DNA of 39,063 nt from a bacterium (GTDB taxonomy: Bacteria > Spirochaetota > JAHITG01), in assembly GCA_028711675.1 (NCBI GenBank), contig JAQTRT010000002.1, positions 1 through 39,063 on the forward strand. Reading direction: 5' to 3'. The translations under genes were made by a program, and so were the position numbers. The notes beneath the pieces were generated by a model, which searched no databases, was not told the DNA's origin, and worked only from the letters and a program-made list of their open reading frames with translations. This document shows, piece after piece, positions 1 to 7,632 of this stretch (position 1 is its first letter; the number at the start of each line of letters is the position of its first letter).

Positions 1-154
1 CATTACCCAGGCTTACAGCAAGCGGGGAAGGGCTGATGGTCAGGAACTGGAGCAGATGGCTGCTCTCCGGATGCACCGCGTATATTTTTAAGCTGCACAG
101 CATTAGTATCAATAAAGCAGGATATCCTTTTTTACGCACCATAATATTTCCGGC

Positions 155-1900
155 CTACCGGCTGACCAGCAGCTTGAGGTATTTCTTCTGGCCCTCCGGA
201 TTGGAGATGCAGCAGATATAGACCCCGGTCTTCAGGTCCTCTCCCTGCTCGTTCTTCACGTTCCACCTGTATTTTCCCGCTGACGCATTCCCTTTCAGGG
301 AAACGACCTTCCCTCCGCCCACAGAATATACGTCTTTCTTGAACTCAGGAGTAAGATTGAAGAAGACCACATAACCGCTGTTGTCCCCGGCCGGATGAAA
401 CGGATTGGGGGCTGCCACTACCTTTTCCAGGTCCTGGCGGATCCCGCCATCATAGGAGACCTTGATCCAGTCGACCAGAGGCGTGCTGTCACGGCCGGCT
501 GAACAAAGGGTTATCCGTATCCTGAGCCGGTCCTGTCCGCCGGAACTGCACCTTATGCTCTGAAGACCGGAGTCTGTGAGCTCCTGCCAGTCCGACCAGA
601 CATATCCCCCGTCCGGCGAGGAGGAGAACTGATACGAGACCTTTCCGTTGTTCAGCGTATCGGAATAACTGAAAGAGGTCCAGCGGTTGATTGCGTCCGG
701 GGCGATATTGAGAATAACATCATTGGATACGGCATATCCGCTTCTGAACACGTAACCGCTGTTACTCGCCGAAGTGTTCGTGCATCCGCCGGCCAGGATA
801 GAACCGTCCAGGGCCTGGAGAAGCGCGCTGCTGAGATTCCTGCTGAAATTGGCAGTGCCTATTTTAATGTCCGCTGTCTGCTCCCAGTTCGCGCCTTTAT
901 CAAAGCTCTTCCAGAGGTTGGTGCCGGAGACCTTATAAAAGATCCCGTCGTTTGCCTCGATGAGCCAGGCGCATGACCCGGACGACAGGACCTGCCATGT
1001 CCGCGCTTCATCCGGGGAACGGTATATCCCGCTGCTGCTGGCAGCGTACAGGGAACCGTCCCTGCTCCGGAACAGCCTGTTCATGTATATATTGGATGAA
1101 AATGAGAGGAGATACCAGTTCGTCCCCCGGTTCGTAGAAAGGTATATACCGCTGGGGATTGTTGTGACAGCCCCTCTTCTCGCGATGAAATGCCTGTTGT
1201 CCAGTTCCAGAAGCTCGTCGAATCCGGACGTGCTGTAACCGTTCGTGACCCCGATTTTGCAGATCAGGAACCAATTGGTCGCATGATCAGTACTTTTATA
1301 CAGATAATTGGTGGCCCACTGGTCCACTACGCTGTATTCCCTGTCCTCTGCGTAGAGCGCATGGTCCGAGTCCTCAAAGATCATCTGGACCAGCCCTGTC
1401 ACTGTCATCCTGTTCGTCCACCTGCTCCCGTTATCATAACTCTTATAAACTCCGTTATAGGAGAACGCGCCGTACAGTCTGCCGTCCGATCCTTCCAGCA
1501 TCTGATTGAAACTTGAATTCACATTATACCAGGTAACGCCGTTATTGGAACTTTTATAGGTTGTGTAAGGCGGTGAACCCATAAATCCGGCCGAATAGAA
1601 TAAATTGCTTTTTGAATCCTGGAACAGATACTGGGGAATCGTGTCATGGCCCAGCCTGCCTGTGTTTGTCCAGACACCTGTAGGCGAAAGCCTCAGTTGG
1701 CTGTTATAGACCTCGACCCTGGTCCTGTCATAGCTGACAGCGGAATCATCATTAAAATGGAACTGTATCTCATCAGCCCGGATGTTATAAGAACAGAATA
1801 TCACGGATAATATCAACAGGAACGGAAAATTTCTTTTTAAATTTAAAGTCATTTGTGCCATTATATTCAATTTCATAATAGAATCAACTCCTTTTTGCAT
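155..1900 (-). CDS. Secreted BNR/Asp-box repeat (sialidase-like beta-propeller) protein with C-terminal sorting-type domain
   Basis: Six Asp-box-like S-x-D-x-G-x-T/N-W motifs are present (SNNGVTWYN, SYDNGSRWTN, STDHATNWF, STNRGTNWY, SPDEARTWQ, SFDKGANWE). There is an N-terminal hydrophobic signal-like segment (NFPFLLILSVIFCSYNIRA). The C-terminal ~90 aa (AAPNPFHPAGDN...GVYICCISNPEGQKKYLKLLVSR) are homologous to the C-termini of the 2007 and 7633 genes. The true start may be the internal ATG at 1876 (AAGGAG upstream) or at 1852. Confidence 0.75.
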   Translation of the reverse strand: MQKGVDSIMKLNIMAQMTLNLKRNFPFLLILSVIFCSYNIRADEIQFHFNDDSAVSYDRTRVEVYNSQLRLSPTGVWTNTGRLGHDTIPQYLFQDSKSNLFYSAGFMGSPPYTTYKSSNNGVTWYNVNSSFNQMLEGSDGRLYGAFSYNGVYKSYDNGSRWTNRMTVTGLVQMIFEDSDHALYAEDREYSVVDQWATNYLYKSTDHATNWFLICKIGVTNGYSTSGFDELLELDNRHFIARRGAVTTIPSGIYLSTNRGTNWYLLSFSSNIYMNRLFRSRDGSLYAASSSGIYRSPDEARTWQVLSSGSCAWLIEANDGIFYKVSGTNLWKSFDKGANWEQTADIKIGTANFSRNLSSALLQALDGSILAGGCTNTSASNSGYVFRSGYAVSNDVILNIAPDAINRWTSFSYSDTLNNGKVSYQFSSSPDGGYVWSDWQELTDSGLQSIRCSSGGQDRLRIRITLCSAGRDSTPLVDWIKVSYDGGIRQDLEKVVAAPNPFHPAGDNSGYVVFFNLTPEFKKDVYSVGGGKVVSLKGNASAGKYRWNVKNEQGEDLKTGVYICCISNPEGQKKYLKLLVSR

Positions 1901-1910
1901 TTCCCGCCTA

Positions 1911-1939
1911 TATATACAACCAAAAAGAAAAAAAGTGAA
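1911..1939 (-). promoter_or_regulatory. Sigma-70-like promoter for the BNR-repeat gene: TTCACT-N17-TATATA
   Basis: On the minus strand, the -35 TTCACT is at 1934-1939 and the -10 TATATA at 1911-1916, preceded by TG. It has the same architecture as 6517-6545. Confidence 0.35.
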
Positions 1940-1944
1940 AAGAT

Positions 1945-1973
1945 TTCCCTTTTTTTTATGACCATTGTATAAA
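1945..1973 (+). promoter_or_regulatory. Promoter for the 2007 gene: TTCCCT-N17-TATAAA with ATTG extended -10
   Basis: -35 at 1945-1950 and -10 at 1968-1973. The hexamers and spacing match 6585-6613. Confidence 0.35.
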
Positions 1974-2006
1974 TAACAGAGAACGAGAGTTTGATTTTAT
2001 ATCATT

Positions 2007-4124
2007 ATGGATAAAAAAAATATATTCAAGATGAACCTTATAAAATCTGCCGTTATATCCTGCGCTTTCCTGATGAATTTCCCTGCATTAAATCCGATGA
2101 ACCGGCAAACCTGCGAGTTGGCAGCAGCATCAGTGCCCCATGCATGGAAGGCATTGGCCCTGGTGTACCGGGACATCAATGCCGAATACATCAACAACAA
2201 AAAGCAGGTCCAGCAGCTCCAGGTATCCATGAATGACGCGGATTTCCAGTACACCCTTTCCACTCTGTCCAACTTTCCCCGGACCATCCTGAACTGGTCA
2301 GGCGGTAAGGTTGTCATGGACCTGAAGATCGTGATCGTGGACCACCCCATCCGGTCCCTGAACACGAACGGAGAGCCGAATGAATACCAGGCCCGCCAGG
2401 AGATCGATCTTTACAATCCCGGCAGGATCTATGATTCCGTTGAAATGATCTACTGCCTGAGAGCAGGCGTTGTCAGCGGCTGTTCTTCTGTCGGACTTTC
2501 CGGAACAGCCAATAATGCCGGATTCTCCATTGTCCATATACCCGTCAGCTATAAGGACTGGGGATTATATTATCCCGAAGAAATACTGGTCCATGAATGG
2601 CTGCATAACGTGGAAGGATACTATCAGGGACTGGGATATACGGTGCCCGGACTGCATGATGCTACTGTGTACGGTTATACGTACGACCCCAGTACCAACA
2701 ACACCTGGCAGCACTGGTACAAAGATTACATGCAGAACAAGGTCTGGGACGGTTTCCAGTATATCGGTGTGCCGCCCCAGGCATGGAGCAATTATATTCC
2801 CACAGGCCTGGTGACCATGTCCGTTCCCGGAATACCGGTACCATCGGAACCCAATAATAATTCCACGGGTGTATCCCTGAATACCCTGTTCCGATGGAAC
2901 ACGGTAAATCAGGCTTCCTGGTACGGCCTGCAGGTATCCTCAGACGCGTCATTCACAACAAAGGTCATTGACCGCTGGATCAAGACAAATTCTTATGCCT
3001 GTGCCGGCTTATCGGGCTCGACCATGTATTACTACAGGCTGCGGGCCATCAATCCGGCAGGAACGAACAGCTGGTCCGCAGTTTATTCCTTTACCACGGA
3101 AGCCGGGACTGAGGTCCTCAACAAGGGAAAGGCCCTGCGGTTCGACGGAAAGAACGACCACGTCCGGATCAAAAGCCTTATCCAGGATGATTTTACCGTT
3201 GAAGCCTGGATCAAGACAAAAGCTTCGCGGTCAGGCAGCCAGGTCTGGGAAGGCCTGGGACTTATCTACGCGGATTACCCGGGCGTAGCCGATGATTTCG
3301 GGACAGGCGTCGTAAGCGGAAAATTCGCTTTTTTCACTGGTAACCCGGATACCATGATACAGTCCGTATCATCCGTCACATCCGGCCAATGGACACATGT
3401 GGCCGCAACAAGGGTTAAAGCAACGGGAGTAATGAAAGTATTCGTGAACGGCGTGGAGGAGAGCCGTGCATCCAACATGAACAAGAACTCGCTCACTGCA
3501 CCGGTCTATATCGATATCGGGGGCAACCTCCTGGACCTGCGCACTTTCGACGGGCTCATGGATGAGGTCCGCATCTGGAACACCGCCCGGACCAAAGACG
3601 AGATCATGAGCAACATGAGCAACCAGCTGACAGGAACAGAAACAGGCCTTGTGGGATATTACTGTTTCAATGAAGGAAGCGGTACATCGGCACTGGACAA
3701 GAGCAGCAGCGGGAACCACGGTTATATCAGGTACGGTCCTGTATGGCAGGCGTCCACAGCACCCCTGGTCATCCCGGCGGAACCCGAAATTGTGCCTGAT
3801 CCTGAGCCGGAAAAAGAGGGACCGGACAATACGAATGCGGCATATACGCACCTGGTGATCGGGCCCAATCCTTATAAGCCCAATGACAGGATATTGTCAA
3901 CAGGTACACCGGATACAGGCGTCATCTTTGCCGGAATAACCAGGGACACCAGGATAGAGATATATACAATCGCAGGCCGGCTCATTGCCAGGCTGGAAGA
4001 GAAGGATGATGACAGTAAACTGACATGGCATGTACCGGACACAATAGCCAGCGGTATTTATTTATGCCGCATCATGGACCGGAAAGGAGAAAAAGCAATA
4101 AGGAAGATAGGGATAATAAAATAA
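2007..4124 (+). CDS. Secreted multidomain protein: N-terminal HExxH (HEWLH) region, FN3-like module, LamG/concanavalin-like domain, C-terminal sorting-type domain
   Basis: Contains an HExxH motif (ILVHEWLHNVEGYY). An FN3-like segment follows (PSEPNNNSTGVSLNTLFRWN...YYYRLRAINPAGTNSWSAVYSF). A LamG-like segment runs LRFDGKNDHVRI...FTVEAWIK...WTHVAATR...DEVRIWNTARTKDEI. The C-terminus is GPNPYKPND...SGIYLCRIMDRKGEKAIRKIGIIK. Confidence 0.7.
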   Translation: MDKKNIFKMNLIKSAVISCAFLMNFPALNPMNRQTCELAAASVPHAWKALALVYRDINAEYINNKKQVQQLQVSMNDADFQYTLSTLSNFPRTILNWSGGKVVMDLKIVIVDHPIRSLNTNGEPNEYQARQEIDLYNPGRIYDSVEMIYCLRAGVVSGCSSVGLSGTANNAGFSIVHIPVSYKDWGLYYPEEILVHEWLHNVEGYYQGLGYTVPGLHDATVYGYTYDPSTNNTWQHWYKDYMQNKVWDGFQYIGVPPQAWSNYIPTGLVTMSVPGIPVPSEPNNNSTGVSLNTLFRWNTVNQASWYGLQVSSDASFTTKVIDRWIKTNSYACAGLSGSTMYYYRLRAINPAGTNSWSAVYSFTTEAGTEVLNKGKALRFDGKNDHVRIKSLIQDDFTVEAWIKTKASRSGSQVWEGLGLIYADYPGVADDFGTGVVSGKFAFFTGNPDTMIQSVSSVTSGQWTHVAATRVKATGVMKVFVNGVEESRASNMNKNSLTAPVYIDIGGNLLDLRTFDGLMDEVRIWNTARTKDEIMSNMSNQLTGTETGLVGYYCFNEGSGTSALDKSSSGNHGYIRYGPVWQASTAPLVIPAEPEIVPDPEPEKEGPDNTNAAYTHLVIGPNPYKPNDRILSTGTPDTGVIFAGITRDTRIEIYTIAGRLIARLEEKDDDSKLTWHVPDTIASGIYLCRIMDRKGEKAIRKIGIIK

Positions 4125-4129
4125 AAGCA

Positions 4130-5785
4130 TCAGTAGCATTTTTTTATGGTCTTATCACAGGTATAGATAAAATAGGATCCGCGCGTTCCGTCATGAAACA
4201 GCTTTAAGGCTTTCTGGACCGTCTCATTAAGTTTCCGGGTCTGCAGGTCCATTGTGCACACATTCCCGTCATAGCCGATCAGGAATAATCTTCCTTCATG
4301 GGCAAAAACATCTTTGATCTCTTTGCCTGTATCGTATTCTTTCAGAACCTTTCCTGTCCTGTGGTCTATGCGTGTGATCCTCCCGTCCCTGTTGGCCCGG
4401 TACAGGTCATCTTCGTCATTAAAAACGAAATGTGCCGGGGAACCTGTTTCTATCCATAATAAAGTCCCCTTGTCCCGGTCGAAGGCCATAAGAAGACCTC
4501 CTGCGGTCTTAATGACAATGGCTGTACGGAACAGGATGGGTTTGGATCCCGTTACTTTATCCCTGATGGGGATCTTCCCGGTTATCTTATTCTTATCCAG
4601 GTCATAAACATAAAAATGCCGGTCGATGGAACTGATGAACAGTTTATTATCCGCGCAGAGCAGAGGCGCCCATACCGGGATGGACAGATCTGTTCTTTTT
4701 AATATATTACGGCTCTTATCTATTCTATACAATACGCCTTCCGTATTCATCAGGATGATCTCATCCCTGAAGGGGATTGGCGCGGAATACAGCAGTGTGC
4801 CTGTGTTCCTGATCATATCCCATTTCCCGTTCTCCAGCGAATAAACATACAGGTTCTTATCGTATCCGCTGATATAGATATCGTTGTTTATGATGACAGG
4901 TATTGATTTGCTCCGGACCGGCAGTAAAAGATGCAGGAAGAGATCGCCTGTTCTGTTGTCAAAGAGATACAGGTCCTTCTTGAAATTATGGATGATGAAA
5001 TACCGTGTATCGAATGAATACAGATACTCATCCTGGTCCAGCCCGATCTTTTCGAGTTTCTGTGAACCGTTCTCCTCCAGGACCTCCGGTGTGATACGGT
5101 TGCTCCGGATGCTGACAGTGCCCTTTTTATCCGTGGAAAGCAAGGATCGGCCGGCTGATTCAATGTCCAGATGCCCTTCCCTGAGGATGATCTTGATGTC
5201 ATTCGTATTATTATAAATAACCTCCATCCGGGAGCCTTTCAGATATAGATCGTACCGGTCAACGTTCAATTGGACAAGATGGTCTTTCCTGGATTTCATA
5301 TCTATGGTCAGGCCGCCGTTCAGGAGCCGGACACGGATAAAAGAGTACAGTCTTATTTTTTCGATCAAAACGCCTGATCCCGGATTTATCCGGACCAGGA
5401 CAGAATCATCCCGATGGCGCCTGCTGATGGTTAAAGGACTGTCAGCCCGGGTCATCACACGGCTGCCTTCCCTGATCTTGATATCCTTAAAGACCGGTAT
5501 GGAAACATCCTTGACACGGACAAGGGCGCAGCCACGGAGGTCCTGGACATGGAGATAATTGTCCCGTTGCCGGAGAGCCGTGAAGAAGATCAGGAAAAGG
5601 AGAAGAGAAAAACCGAGTCCCAGGGATAAACTCACTGGCCTTGACCGCCGAAAGTCCCGGAAGGGCTGCTCTTCCTTTTCCAATGCTTTGTCGAACCTTT
5701 CCCACCTTCCTTCCGGCACCGGTTCATTCTTCACCAGTTCATCAGAATAAATCTTTAACACTTTAAATATTTGATCTAATTTCAT
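4130..5785 (-). CDS. Membrane-spanning anti-sigma factor candidate with periplasmic PQQ-like beta-propeller repeats
   Basis: Sits 15 nt downstream of the ECF sigma gene on the same strand. It has a short cytoplasmic N-terminus and one TM segment (VSLSLGLGFSLLLFLIFFTAL). Propeller-type repeats recur (DIYISGYDKNLYVYSLENGK, LFISSIDRHFYVYDLDKNK, LLMAFDRDKGTLLW, DLYRANRDGRITRIDHRTGK, LFLIGYDGNVCTMDLQTRK). Confidence 0.6.
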   Translation of the reverse strand: MKLDQIFKVLKIYSDELVKNEPVPEGRWERFDKALEKEEQPFRDFRRSRPVSLSLGLGFSLLLFLIFFTALRQRDNYLHVQDLRGCALVRVKDVSIPVFKDIKIREGSRVMTRADSPLTISRRHRDDSVLVRINPGSGVLIEKIRLYSFIRVRLLNGGLTIDMKSRKDHLVQLNVDRYDLYLKGSRMEVIYNNTNDIKIILREGHLDIESAGRSLLSTDKKGTVSIRSNRITPEVLEENGSQKLEKIGLDQDEYLYSFDTRYFIIHNFKKDLYLFDNRTGDLFLHLLLPVRSKSIPVIINNDIYISGYDKNLYVYSLENGKWDMIRNTGTLLYSAPIPFRDEIILMNTEGVLYRIDKSRNILKRTDLSIPVWAPLLCADNKLFISSIDRHFYVYDLDKNKITGKIPIRDKVTGSKPILFRTAIVIKTAGGLLMAFDRDKGTLLWIETGSPAHFVFNDEDDLYRANRDGRITRIDHRTGKVLKEYDTGKEIKDVFAHEGRLFLIGYDGNVCTMDLQTRKLNETVQKALKLFHDGTRGSYFIYTCDKTIKKCY

Positions 5786-5799
5786 AATGATACCATTCT

Positions 5800-6375
5800 T
5801 TAATATAAATTCTCATAGCCTGCTTTTTTCAGCTCTTTTTTAATGATGTCCATGGCCTTTTCTATCTTATATTTCACGTTCCTCTCGCTCTCATGGAGCA
5901 TCCCGGCTATTTCATGGAATTTCAGGCTCTCGAAGATCTTCATATTGATCACGATCCTGTATTTCGGCTTCAGGGAATGGATGATCTCCATGGTCTTCTG
6001 TAAAAGGTCCTTTTGCATAAGTTCATCCGTCATGTTATACGTGCTTTTGATATTATCGAGGAGAGAGGTATCCAGGTATATCGTGCTTTTTGTGTAACGG
6101 CTGTTCGATTTATAGAAATTCCTGGTCTCGTGGACGGCAATGGAGTAAAGCCATGTTTTAAAGCTGGCGCCCCTCAGCGGATCGTACTGTCTCAGGTTCT
6201 TAAAAGCTTTCAGCAGGGTTTCCTGGAAAACATCCTCGGCAAAATCAGAGTTGAACAGGATCATTTTCCTGATAAAGAAAAACAAGGGTTTTTCGTATTT
6301 TTGGACCAGCAGCTTAAAACTCTCTCTATCTCCGCTGACAATGTTCCTGATTAATGCGTTTTCATCCATAACCAT
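5800..6375 (-). CDS. ECF-type RNA polymerase sigma-70 family factor
   Basis: Region 2-like sequence (FKLLVQKYEKPLFFFIRK...DVFQETLLKAF) and region 4 HTH-like sequence (LKFHEIAGMLHESERNVKYKIEKAM) are present. The ORF extends to 6492, but 6376-6492 is AT-rich and promoter-like. Starting at ATG 6375 gives a typical ~190-aa ECF sigma. The alternative ATG at 6492 has a GGAGAGAAAGGG purine tract upstream. Confidence 0.85.
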   Translation of the reverse strand: MVMDENALIRNIVSGDRESFKLLVQKYEKPLFFFIRKMILFNSDFAEDVFQETLLKAFKNLRQYDPLRGASFKTWLYSIAVHETRNFYKSNSRYTKSTIYLDTSLLDNIKSTYNMTDELMQKDLLQKTMEIIHSLKPKYRIVINMKIFESLKFHEIAGMLHESERNVKYKIEKAMDIIKKELKKAGYENLY

Positions 6376-6516
6376 ATATTGAATATCGTAAAAACAGTAA
6401 TATAAATTATATATTTTGATTATATTGTCAAGTACTGATAGGGCACGCATGTAATTATCAGAATAAAAAGGTCTTTTTCCGCATGTTTTCATAAACTACC
6501 CTTTCTCTCCAGACAT

Positions 6517-6545
6517 ATTATACTGATGAAAGTATAAAAAGTGAA
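6517..6545 (-). promoter_or_regulatory. Sigma-70-like promoter upstream of the ECF sigma gene: TTCACT-N17-TATAAT
   Basis: On the minus strand, -35 is at 6540-6545 and -10 at 6517-6522. Confidence 0.35.
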
Positions 6546-6584
6546 AAACTTTTTATGAACCAGCAGAATTAATGCACGTCCCTT

Positions 6585-6613
6585 TTCCCTTTTTCCCGAC
6601 ATGATTGTATAAT
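6585..6613 (+). promoter_or_regulatory. Promoter for the PorV-like gene: TTCCCT-N17-TATAAT with ATTG extended -10
   Basis: -35 at 6585-6590 and -10 at 6608-6613. ATG 6620 lies only 6 nt after the -10. Confidence 0.35.
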
Positions 6614-6619
6614 AAGATT

Positions 6620-7609
6620 ATGAAGAAAAAAAATCCTTTTTCATTTTTTTTAAATTATACAGCTTTCATTAAGATAATGACGATAAAAACACTGTATATC
6701 CTTTTTTTCCTCTTACTGCCGATTTCCCTGTTATCCGGTAATGACCGGTACGATCTCTCTTCATTCCAATTCCTGAAGGTCCAGCCTACGGCCAGGAACG
6801 CAGCCCTGGAAAACGCAGGGACCTCCCTTTACGGATCCATTGAAAATCTTTCTTCCAATCCTGCCGGTATCTTTTTCCCGGGCCAAATGGAATTCTCCAT
6901 GCATTACATGAACTGGCTTCACGAGATCCATTATACTTCACTGGCATACGGCATCCGTCTGGACGATTCGAGTATCCTGGGATTCGGGGTCCTGGGTCTC
7001 TTTTACGGGGATATCCCTGTTGTGAACTTTAACAGCAGCGGAGAATTATCGGAAACAGGGAATACGAGCGCTTATGACTTTGCTTTCTCCGCCTGCTATC
7101 ACCGCCGGTTGACCGGGATGATCTCATCAGGGGTCTCCCTTAAAGTACTTTACGAACAGATAGAAAAAGAAAGAGCAACAGGTCTGGCACTGGATACCGG
7201 GGTCCTTATCCATTTAATGGATAATAAACTGAACCTGGGGCTGGCGGTACTGAACATCGGCCCTGAAATAAAATTCAGCGGGAAAAAGGATGATCTGCCC
7301 CTGTCCGTCAATACCGGGATAAGCGTCAAGCTGATACAGCAAAAGGAACATTCAGGCCTTATTGCCCTGGATATGATCTACCCTAATGACGAAAAAATGA
7401 AAACACGGCTGGGAATTGAATACGGCCTGATGGACCTGTTTTTCGGAAGAGCGGGTTATCAGACCGGTGACGACCTGAGCACATGGAGCATAGGCTGCGG
7501 ATTAAAGCTGAAAATCGGATCAAAAGTCATCAGAGCCGATTATACCTACTTGCCGCGCAGCGAGCTGAACAACACGCATATCATAGGGCTGGTCATCGGC
7601 CTGAACTAA
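6620..7609 (+). CDS. Outer-membrane beta-barrel protein, PorV/PorQ-like (type IX secretion-associated family)
   Basis: Has a signal-like N-terminus. The N-terminal family-type motif is FQFLKVQPTARNAALENAGTSLYGSIENLSSNPAGI. Alternating beta-strand character runs to the C-terminus, and the gene is embedded among the CTD cargo genes. The alternative start is ATG 6677 (MTIKTLYILFF...). Confidence 0.55.
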   Translation: MKKKNPFSFFLNYTAFIKIMTIKTLYILFFLLLPISLLSGNDRYDLSSFQFLKVQPTARNAALENAGTSLYGSIENLSSNPAGIFFPGQMEFSMHYMNWLHEIHYTSLAYGIRLDDSSILGFGVLGLFYGDIPVVNFNSSGELSETGNTSAYDFAFSACYHRRLTGMISSGVSLKVLYEQIEKERATGLALDTGVLIHLMDNKLNLGLAVLNIGPEIKFSGKKDDLPLSVNTGISVKLIQQKEHSGLIALDMIYPNDEKMKTRLGIEYGLMDLFFGRAGYQTGDDLSTWSIGCGLKLKIGSKVIRADYTYLPRSELNNTHIIGLVIGLN

Positions 7610-7632
7610 AACATTTTAAAAGAGGCGCGTAC

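Noticed and set aside
36-221. A 61-aa plus-strand ORF at the window start.
   Set aside because: It overlaps the 3' end of the BNR gene on the opposite strand, has no RBS and gives a non-protein-like translation.
6376-6492. A 39-aa N-terminal extension of the ECF sigma ORF.
   Set aside because: The region is AT-rich and contains promoter-like boxes (TTGACA, TATAAT). Starting at 6375 gives a sigma of canonical length. I kept it as an alternative because ATG 6492 has a purine-rich RBS-like tract.
7483-7632. An N-terminal extension of the beta-helix protein ORF that overlaps the PorV-like gene by 127 nt.
   Set aside because: The extension is basic and low-complexity. GTG 7633 has an RBS and is followed immediately by a signal peptide.
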